Below are positions 9,623-17,485 of a stretch of 64,000 bases of DNA, one piece after another. Origin of the DNA: Pseudomonadota bacterium (GTDB lineage Bacteria > Pseudomonadota > Alphaproteobacteria > Rs-D84). The stretch is from assembly GCA_023402015.1 (NCBI GenBank), contig JAEXCU010000015.1:825-64824 (forward strand). The letters run 5' to 3'. How positions within the stretch are numbered: position 1 is the first letter of the stretch; every line of letters starts with the position of its first letter. The position numbers and the translations under genes are program-made. A model generated the notes under the pieces. The model was not told where the DNA came from. It made no database searches and saw nothing but the letters and a program-made list of their open reading frames with translations.

Positions 9623-10814
9623 AACAAAAATCTTTGACGATTATTCCCGTGGCGCCAGCATGACCGAGGTTTTGCTGTCCATGGCAATTGTTGCGGTTAT
9701 TGCGCCTTTGCTGTACACGCAAATTTCAGATGCAAATCACAATATTCGTGATATGGCCGTGGCCCAGAATATTGTTAATATGCGCGGCGATGTGGCGAAT
9801 TTTGTTCGCCTGCACCAAGATAAATGGCCCGACGTTGCCCAGATAAAATTGGCCGATGATGAATTGGATGATATATCACAAATGCCGGTTGCAGGATTTA
9901 TTGATAAGTACATGGTTCGCGGCGCGACAATTACGGATGTTTACCTGGCATTTGATTTGGACCGTTCATTGATGCGTACCGCGCGCGTGGCAAATCATAT
10001 TGGTGATGATGCGGCCGTTGTTGGGGATGACGGCATTGCATACGGTCGTGATTGGGCGGTTTCTGCGCCGGATTTTAAACCCGGTAATTTAATATACAGA
10101 ATTTCGCGCGATATTTCCGGCGAAGATAAATCAAAATACCTGCATCGTGGCACGGCCAGCGAAGACAACCTGAACGTGATGCAGCGCGATTTAAATATGG
10201 GCAACCAAAATGTTTATAATGTCGGCGGCATAGCCGCAAAATCGGCCCAGATAAAAAATGGATCTGCAACATTTATTGCGACAAATAATCTGGTCGCAAA
10301 TACGGTATATTTTTCAGATGGGGCAAATCTGGACGGGGCAAATGCGGTTATTGGAAATTTACGGGTTTCGGGTGATATATCGGGATTTCGCAATATTTAT
10401 GCCGACAACATTAACGGCCGGGGATTTACCACAAATGGTCGCATTATAACCGACCGCGCATCTGTTTCCAATTCTGTCAATGTTGCCAATGATATGATAT
10501 TAAAATCCGATACCGTGCGCACGGTCAGTGGTTTTACCGGAATATCTGTTAATTCTGTTAACACATCATATTTATCCAGCGAAGAAATCATATTTTATGA
10601 TAATTTTGGACTGACTGTATCGGGCGAATTGCTGATGTCAACGACGGCGCCGTTGAAAATTGGTTCATGGACATTTCCAACAACAAACCCGCCACGGTTT
10701 AATGAAATATTCTTTACACGCGCATCCATACCTGAACCGCCGGTCAAGGGTGAATTTGGTCCGTTATTAATCAGTGGATGGCAATCCATAATGCCCCAGG
10801 ATATTATAAAATGA
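9600..10814 (+). CDS. large prepilin-like protein 2 (404 aa)
   Basis: ...SRG|ASMTEVLLSMAIVAVIAPLLY (Gly -1, Glu +5). Overlaps the upstream ORF by 23 nt. C-terminal region is rich in short V/I-x-G/N/S beta-strand-like repeats. Confidence 0.55.
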   Translation: MVKVAAYKTKIFDDYSRGASMTEVLLSMAIVAVIAPLLYTQISDANHNIRDMAVAQNIVNMRGDVANFVRLHQDKWPDVAQIKLADDELDDISQMPVAGFIDKYMVRGATITDVYLAFDLDRSLMRTARVANHIGDDAAVVGDDGIAYGRDWAVSAPDFKPGNLIYRISRDISGEDKSKYLHRGTASEDNLNVMQRDLNMGNQNVYNVGGIAAKSAQIKNGSATFIATNNLVANTVYFSDGANLDGANAVIGNLRVSGDISGFRNIYADNINGRGFTTNGRIITDRASVSNSVNVANDMILKSDTVRTVSGFTGISVNSVNTSYLSSEEIIFYDNFGLTVSGELLMSTTAPLKIGSWTFPTTNPPRFNEIFFTRASIPEPPVKGEFGPLLISGWQSIMPQDIIK

Positions 10815-12136
10815 TGAAACATACGCGTATTTTTAACCAGTGTTGTGGCGAATCCGCACAGCGGGGCGGGATGCTGGTGGAATTATTGTTGTCGGTTGCG
10901 CTGGTTGCGATTATTTTGCCATTTATATTTGGATATCAGCAACGTGCCATAACCCGCGCAGAAAGTATTGCCATTACACATCAAATGGAAAATATTCAAT
11001 CTGCGTTGGAAAAATATATCATCGCCAACCGCCAGGAATTATTGACCACCGTTGGCAAAAACATTACCCGTGTCGCATTGGCAGATTTAGGCGAATATGG
11101 GATTAATCCTGATATTGTCGCGAATGCGGCGGATAAATATCAATTGCGCATTTTAAAATCAAATGATAATCGGGGACACGCCACTTTGCAGGGCGTAATT
11201 GTTATGACAGATCCCGATATTACCCCATTGCGCACACGTGAAATTGTTGGCCTGGGCGGGACGCAAATGGGATTTATTGAGGGCAACCGTGCATACGGTA
11301 CATTTGGGGCATGGCGCGCAGATACGGTTGATTTGGGTCTGAACGTTCGTAATGGAATCATAGAAACAACAAATGTTAATCGCGACAATGCGTTGTACCT
11401 GTGGCGTATTCCATCCACGGATGCAACGGATGCGACAATGATGTCTGCATTAAATTTGGGAAATCATGATATTCGCGGGGCGGCATTCTTTAATGCGGCC
11501 GGGGCCCAATTTGATGAAACATTAACTTTATCAGAAACTGTTGCACGTGATGTAATTTTTCAAAACAGAACCACAATCAGCAATAAATTTACGGCCGCCA
11601 ATGCATCTATTGCGGGAATATTATCATCTGATTCCCGTAATATGGAAGTTGCCGGTTCGTTTAATTTAAACGACACCGGAAAATTTACCAGTTTTACCGT
11701 GGACGATTTATGGGTTGGCAATTTGACATTGGCCGGGTTATCCATATACGATGACGGCGCTGCATCTGTGTTAAAGATTAATCGCGCGTTGGACATGACA
11801 TCAGGCCGAATTGACGCAATGTTTATCACGGTCAGTTTTGCCGGTTCCATAACACCACGCCTGGTTGTGCGCAACAGAATAGAAGATTCAATCAATCCCG
11901 ATTATTTTTGGGATGCGGATATTGGTATTGCACATTTTATGGATATGACGTTAATGGAATTGAATCATATGGCACCATTGGCGGTGCGTGGTGAACGTGG
12001 CGGTGATACCGTCGCGGCCCAGGATTTTGGCGCCGTTGCGGCAAATAAAAATGCCACTGTTTCCGATTACATGAACGCAATAACAGAAATTCAGAACAAA
12101 GTCCGCGCCAAATATCGCCAGTTGAATTTAGATTAA
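10811..12136 (+). CDS. large prepilin-like protein 3 (441 aa)
   Basis: ATGA start/stop overlap with the upstream gene. ...QRG|GMLVELLLSVALVAIILPFIFGY (Gly -1, Glu +5). C-terminal repeats are paralogous to proteins 1 and 2. Confidence 0.55.
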   Translation: MMKHTRIFNQCCGESAQRGGMLVELLLSVALVAIILPFIFGYQQRAITRAESIAITHQMENIQSALEKYIIANRQELLTTVGKNITRVALADLGEYGINPDIVANAADKYQLRILKSNDNRGHATLQGVIVMTDPDITPLRTREIVGLGGTQMGFIEGNRAYGTFGAWRADTVDLGLNVRNGIIETTNVNRDNALYLWRIPSTDATDATMMSALNLGNHDIRGAAFFNAAGAQFDETLTLSETVARDVIFQNRTTISNKFTAANASIAGILSSDSRNMEVAGSFNLNDTGKFTSFTVDDLWVGNLTLAGLSIYDDGAASVLKINRALDMTSGRIDAMFITVSFAGSITPRLVVRNRIEDSINPDYFWDADIGIAHFMDMTLMELNHMAPLAVRGERGGDTVAAQDFGAVAANKNATVSDYMNAITEIQNKVRAKYRQLNLD

Positions 12137-12156
12137 TTTATGGTATAAACGTTATT

Positions 12157-12666
12157 ATGAAAATAGTATGTGATTTTTGCAAAACAGAATATTCATGCGA
12201 TGCCGTGCCGACAATGCCGGTCAAATGTGCCGTGTGTGGAAATACATGGACGGTTCAGCGCCCCCCGCGCAAGAATGCGTTTTTGGTATTTATTGCGGCG
12301 ACGTGCGCATTGTTGGCGGCGATTGTATTTACCGTTGTTATAATTACCCGGCACCAGGTTGAAAATGTTGCAAATAATCCATTGGTACCCGCTGTTACGT
12401 CTGTGTCCACAGTTGTGGATGCGTCGGGCGTTGCGCACTTTGTGGTGAATGGTTATGTTCAAAACCGGTCTGATGAAATATACGGTGTGCCGGATTTAAT
12501 AATTATTTCATGGGATGGCGATGGAAATATTGTCGCACAACAAAAATTTATGCCGTCGGCAACATTGCTGGATGCGGGCGGGGCGACATCTTTTACGCAT
12601 ACTTTATCGTCGCCCACGGCGGGGGTAAAAAAGATAACTGCAAAATTGCAAAACGGGGGTAATTAA
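12157..12666 (+). CDS. MJ0042-type zinc-ribbon membrane protein (DUF3426-like C-terminus)
   Basis: CDFC...CAVC zinc ribbon at the N-terminus, one TM helix (FLVFIAATCALLAAIVFTVVII), then a small beta-rich domain. Confidence 0.6.
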   Translation: MKIVCDFCKTEYSCDAVPTMPVKCAVCGNTWTVQRPPRKNAFLVFIAATCALLAAIVFTVVIITRHQVENVANNPLVPAVTSVSTVVDASGVAHFVVNGYVQNRSDEIYGVPDLIIISWDGDGNIVAQQKFMPSATLLDAGGATSFTHTLSSPTAGVKKITAKLQNGGN

Positions 12667-13185
12667 ATGAAACGAATTTTAATGATTTTATTAATGATGA
12701 TTACCGTGCCGGCGTTTTCCGCAGACAGCACCACCACGCCGCCCCCCCATACAATCCCGGCACCAAATCCAAAACCAGGTGATAAGCCAGCGCCCACGCC
12801 AAAACGTATCAGTATTTTTTCCACCAGTACAGATTGGGAGGGTTTAACCGGTCTGCAATTGGCACAATACAGTGGTGAATTTATCCATGATTCCAAATTA
12901 ATCGGCAAAGGATTGGTTTTGTATTATCTGGACGGATTTCCATGCTATGGCCTGGGGTACGGGGTGCGTGTATGGCTGGGGCCTGGGAAAAAGCATGATG
13001 GTGATTTGCATATTGCATGTCTGTATCCACCAACTGAATTAAAATTTACATGGCGAAATGCCCTGCGTGATGCGGACGAAGCGGTCAGCACGGGCATTTT
13101 AACTTGTCCGGTCAGTGGCGACCGACATCTGATTATTGATTTGTCCAAATGCACCAAGGGCAAAGATTGGTCAGAATACAAATAG
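12667..13185 (+). CDS. secreted protein with Pro-rich linker
   Basis: Signal peptide MKRILMILLMMITVPAFSA, then TTTPPPHTIPAPNPKPGDKPAPTPK. The ATG directly abuts the upstream stop (taaATG). Confidence 0.5.
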   Translation: MKRILMILLMMITVPAFSADSTTTPPPHTIPAPNPKPGDKPAPTPKRISIFSTSTDWEGLTGLQLAQYSGEFIHDSKLIGKGLVLYYLDGFPCYGLGYGVRVWLGPGKKHDGDLHIACLYPPTELKFTWRNALRDADEAVSTGILTCPVSGDRHLIIDLSKCTKGKDWSEYK

Positions 13186-13196
13186 GTTTATAATTT

Positions 13197-14156
13197 ATGT
13201 CTGAAAATCGTGAATTTGTTATTGCACCAGAATCCGCCGGCATGCGTTTGGATAAATATCTGGCCGAAAAAATGCCGGAATTTTCACGCAGTGAAATTCA
13301 GCGTTTCGCCGTTTCGCAAAATGGTGCGCCGGTAAAATTTTCCCGTCCCCTGCGTGCGGGCGAAATTTATAATGTTGAAATTCCCGATGCACCGACCGAT
13401 GTTGCATCGGAAAATATATCTGCGGATTTTCATTTAGATATCATATACGAAGATGACGATATTATCGTTATAAATAAACCGCGTGGCGTTGTTATGTACC
13501 CGTCGGCGGGGAATAAAACCGGAACATTGGTTCAAAATGTTTTGGCGCATACGCATTTATCTGCGCTGGGTGGGGCCACGCGGCCCGGCGTGGTGCATCG
13601 TCTGGACAAAGATACCAGTGGCGTTATGGTATTTGCCAAATCAGACCCGGCATATCGGGGTTTGGTGAAAACATTTTCTGCGCATGATTTAACACGCAAA
13701 TATGTCGCATTTGTATGGGGTGTTCCCAATTGGGAAAGTGCGGATATCACCGGCAATATTGCACGGTCTTCGCGTAATCGTCAAAAAATGACAATGGTTA
13801 AAACGGGGGGCAAATCCGCCCAGACCGAGGTTTCGGTCATGAACGTATGGACGCGCGTCGGGGTTTGCCAATTGCGGTGCAATTTATTAACCGGACGCAC
13901 GCATCAAATTCGCGTTCACCTGTCCGCCCATGGATTTCCTGTGCTGTGCGACCCGGTTTATGGGCGCGGGACAAATCGTCTGGGGGCGGTCCGGAACCCA
14001 GATTTATTGGAATTTCTAAAAACGCACAACGGTCAAATGCTGCATGCCGAATATCTGGAATTTGCCCACCCAATTACGGGGGAAATGATGCAGTTTAAAA
14101 CCCATTTGCCCGACGATATGCTGGAATTGAAATGCATTTTGAACGAAACGTTGTAA
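13197..14156 (+). CDS. rluD: 23S rRNA pseudouridine synthase, RluA/RluD family
   Basis: N-terminal S4-like domain (RLDKYLAE...SRSEIQR) and catalytic motif HRLDKDTSGVMVFAK. Confidence 0.85.
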   Translation: MSENREFVIAPESAGMRLDKYLAEKMPEFSRSEIQRFAVSQNGAPVKFSRPLRAGEIYNVEIPDAPTDVASENISADFHLDIIYEDDDIIVINKPRGVVMYPSAGNKTGTLVQNVLAHTHLSALGGATRPGVVHRLDKDTSGVMVFAKSDPAYRGLVKTFSAHDLTRKYVAFVWGVPNWESADITGNIARSSRNRQKMTMVKTGGKSAQTEVSVMNVWTRVGVCQLRCNLLTGRTHQIRVHLSAHGFPVLCDPVYGRGTNRLGAVRNPDLLEFLKTHNGQMLHAEYLEFAHPITGEMMQFKTHLPDDMLELKCILNETL

Positions 14157-14270
14157 ATATAAAAATACCCCGGTAAAAACCGGGGTAAAAAGAATTCTTT
14201 TTCGCATATTTTTCCTTTATTCAACCCTGATTTTATGTTATACTGAAATAATAAATAATGGAGTCAGGGA

Positions 14271-17200
14271 ATGAGTCTGCTGAAAAAAACATTTGGTTTT
14301 ATTGCGATTATGGGCGTTTTGCCGGCGGCATCGGCGTTAACATCGCGTCTGGGATATGTCGGAAATGCGTCCACGCGTATGCCGACAATGACGACATATA
14401 TCACAAACCCAACGGCAACGGTCGCAACGACATCTGCATTACTGGCAAACGCAGAATGCATTGATGCGTATACTTCCTGTATGAAAGGCGCAGATGTCTG
14501 TGGTCCAGATTTTGAAGAATGCACGACCAAGGTTTTGTTTCATGGCAAAATGCCACAATGTATCAGCACACTGGCCCAATGTAATACGGCCGGTATAACC
14601 TCGCTGTTTGGGATTGGAACGACAACGTCTTTGGGCGCGGTTGCAACCAAGAATTCATATGGTGAAATCACAGATTACACATACCCAACCGACGGCAGTG
14701 TTTTGGGACAAATGATTTCCGGCGCGGCGATTTCCAATAGATTAGATACATCCAGTTGTATTAAAAAATATACATCATGCCTGAAAAGAAGCACCAACTG
14801 TGGCAATGATTTTGAATTATGCACCACGAACCAGGAATTCAAACGACAAATGGTTAACTGTGCATCTACGTTGGCATTGTGCGACAGCGAAGGCAAAATA
14901 GAACTGTTTGGTTCGGTTAATACAACAACCACCCCTGCGGCATCCAGCCGTATCGGTGAAATGATCAGCGAAGGCGCAGCCTTGGCGGCGATTAATTCTG
15001 TTTCTACATGCTACAAGGTTGTTGACCAATGCATCCTGACGGCCTGTGCGGAAAATCCGTATAAATGTATGGAAAATTCATCCCAGGCAACGGTTGATTT
15101 GGCACAAACAATCGCCAGTGGTACAGAAGGCACCGGCACAGAAATCATTACTGATACAATCACAAATTCTGCAATTGCAGGATATATCAGAAATTCTTGC
15201 CGTGATGTAATTGGTGCAAACAAATATTGTTATGCAACATTTGTCGGCAATGGCGCAATGCCAACCGCCGCCCAGTTGCGCGACGAAGACAACCAGGACG
15301 AAGTCTTTGACGAAGCGTATGGCGCCCGCATGAATTCTGCGATGAAGGCGAAAATCAGTGAATTGGTTGATAAATTTGATACCAAAGCCAAAGAAAAATG
15401 CACGGAAACAATCCGGGAATGCGCAATGCGCGTTTGCGGTGGTGGTTCCGGTGCGGCGTGTTATTCCCAGGTGTATGGCAACAAAGATAAATCAATTAAT
15501 AATTCCGTCAGTTGGAATGAAATTAAAACCGGCTGCGCGGCAATTGTTAATACAGATGCCAACTGTAAATATGCGGCGGCAAATCCGAATGCATCTGGCC
15601 CGTATTCTTATGCATATATAAATAATGATGCGTTTGACACATTGTTCCCAGAATACGAAGAAGGTGGCATGGACCCAATTGGTGTTGTTGCGGCATTAAA
15701 TGCAAATTTGGCAAATTCGTACAGCGATGCAGCAATCGCCCAAATGAAACGCCAGTGCCAGGCCGTTGCGACATCATGCGTAAAATCCATGTGCGGAAAC
15801 GATTACATGAATTGCTATCGCAACCGTACGGATATATATTCCAATCTGACCGATACGGGAAATATGTCATTTGACAAATCTATGAACAAGGTCGGTGGTG
15901 TTCTGGATTACACAATTGTTTTGGGGCTGTGTTTGGATACGGTAAAAAATGCGGCCGTATGTGAAGAACACCTGGCAATTGAACAAAATAAACTGAAATT
16001 GGCAAATGCGGCGTCCAGTGCGTCATCATGGGGTGATGCGGGCAGTGTTCGTACCGGTTGGATTGACGCCGGCAAGGCAACAACGGTGGCCGCGGAAACA
16101 GAACAGGTTGCGGCGGTTGATGAAAATGGCAACCAACTGTGCAGTGCCAAAGACGGCAGCCAAGGCGTATGCTATTCCGTGGATGCCAACGGTAATATTT
16201 ATGACCAACCTGTATATATTTCTTATACGACATATATCCAGTCCCAGGCGGCCAGTTCGCTGTTCAAAGACCTGATTTATGATTTGGAAAAAGAAGCCCA
16301 GGCCAAGTACAACGCCAAATTGACCAAAGAACAAAATATGTGTATGTCGGCCAACAGTGGTGGTGTAATGGGGAAAAAAGACATGGGCAGCACATATATG
16401 TGGGCGAAACTGAAATCGCAAAAGGTTCCGGCAAACTATTCCGTAAATGGTTTGAAACCGAACCAATTTGTGGCCAGCAATGATTTGTATGGTTCATTCT
16501 GCCGCATCCGCATAACGTTGCAATCTGATGATAAACGGATTCAAGAAGCAATCCGCAACGGCAGTGATTGGTCCACGGCATACTTCGCGGTCGGTGATAC
16601 ATTCACCTGTGGCAGTTGGATACCGTCCAGTGCATTGGAAGAAATTGCCAACGCTGTTGCAGACAAAGCAACCGAAGGACAAGAGGCCAGCCAGAAACGT
16701 ACACGTACATGGTTAACAACATTGGGTGCGTTGGGTGGTACCGTTGGTGGTGCATATCTGGGCAGTGGCATTCAGAACGGAACGGTCTTTGGTGGACTGA
16801 CCGGATTGGGCGACGGCGGCAAAAAGAACAATAATGCAAAAAGCGCCGTTCAAAACTGCATTGATTATGCCGAACAGGCACCAAAAGAATCAGATTTTGA
16901 ACAGATGCGTACTTATGCCAATGCTGCAATAGAACGCGCCAAAGCCGCAGGGGTTAGCGTATCGTCTTCGGTTAATGATGCGGTTAATAACCTGTCCAAG
17001 GTTTCTGCGGGTGATAATGATAACACAGAATATGACATTGGTGGTGTCAAAAAGAAAAAGTCTGACTTAGTATCTGCCGCCAAAACTGCAATGGGCACTT
17101 TAAAAACGGCGTGCGAACTGAAAAAAGATGACAGTGGGCAAACCAAAAAAGGAAAAAATAATGCCTGGGTTGGTTCAACCATTGGGGCGGTTACAACCGG

Positions 17201-17381
17201 ATTGGCGGGTGGATTCTTGGTTAACAAAATTACCAAGGATATCCAGGATTCCAATCTGGACAGCGCGCAAAAGGCCGCGTACGAAGAATGGATGAACAAT
17301 GTTGGTAAACATATTCAGTGTTATATCGGTGGGGACGAGGCCGGTGAATATGGCGACATAATCACAACCAGCATTGAATAA
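14271..17381 (+). CDS. 1036-aa secreted Cys-rich protein with C-terminal glycine-zipper segments
   Basis: Signal peptide. Tandem 6-Cys module C-x6-C-x6-C-x6-C-x12-C-x6-C occurs twice, followed by three C-x6-C-x4-C-x6/7-C units. Gly-rich hydrophobic segments WLTTLGALGGTVGGAYLGSGI and WVGSTIGAVTTGLAGGFLV lie near the C-terminus. Confidence 0.7.
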   Translation: MSLLKKTFGFIAIMGVLPAASALTSRLGYVGNASTRMPTMTTYITNPTATVATTSALLANAECIDAYTSCMKGADVCGPDFEECTTKVLFHGKMPQCISTLAQCNTAGITSLFGIGTTTSLGAVATKNSYGEITDYTYPTDGSVLGQMISGAAISNRLDTSSCIKKYTSCLKRSTNCGNDFELCTTNQEFKRQMVNCASTLALCDSEGKIELFGSVNTTTTPAASSRIGEMISEGAALAAINSVSTCYKVVDQCILTACAENPYKCMENSSQATVDLAQTIASGTEGTGTEIITDTITNSAIAGYIRNSCRDVIGANKYCYATFVGNGAMPTAAQLRDEDNQDEVFDEAYGARMNSAMKAKISELVDKFDTKAKEKCTETIRECAMRVCGGGSGAACYSQVYGNKDKSINNSVSWNEIKTGCAAIVNTDANCKYAAANPNASGPYSYAYINNDAFDTLFPEYEEGGMDPIGVVAALNANLANSYSDAAIAQMKRQCQAVATSCVKSMCGNDYMNCYRNRTDIYSNLTDTGNMSFDKSMNKVGGVLDYTIVLGLCLDTVKNAAVCEEHLAIEQNKLKLANAASSASSWGDAGSVRTGWIDAGKATTVAAETEQVAAVDENGNQLCSAKDGSQGVCYSVDANGNIYDQPVYISYTTYIQSQAASSLFKDLIYDLEKEAQAKYNAKLTKEQNMCMSANSGGVMGKKDMGSTYMWAKLKSQKVPANYSVNGLKPNQFVASNDLYGSFCRIRITLQSDDKRIQEAIRNGSDWSTAYFAVGDTFTCGSWIPSSALEEIANAVADKATEGQEASQKRTRTWLTTLGALGGTVGGAYLGSGIQNGTVFGGLTGLGDGGKKNNNAKSAVQNCIDYAEQAPKESDFEQMRTYANAAIERAKAAGVSVSSSVNDAVNNLSKVSAGDNDNTEYDIGGVKKKKSDLVSAAKTAMGTLKTACELKKDDSGQTKKGKNNAWVGSTIGAVTTGLAGGFLVNKITKDIQDSNLDSAQKAAYEEWMNNVGKHIQCYIGGDEAGEYGDIITTSIE

Positions 17382-17393
17382 CCAATAAAAAAT

Positions 17394-17421
17394 AAAATGC
17401 CCCAAACGGGGCATTTTTTTA
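17394..17421 (+). terminator. rho-independent terminator
   Basis: aaaatgccccaaacggggcattttttta. Confidence 0.7.
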
Positions 17422-17485
17422 TTTCTGTGCGCGCCAAACGTCCAACAATTCCATATTCACCCCATGGTCGGCAATAATGTGCGTG

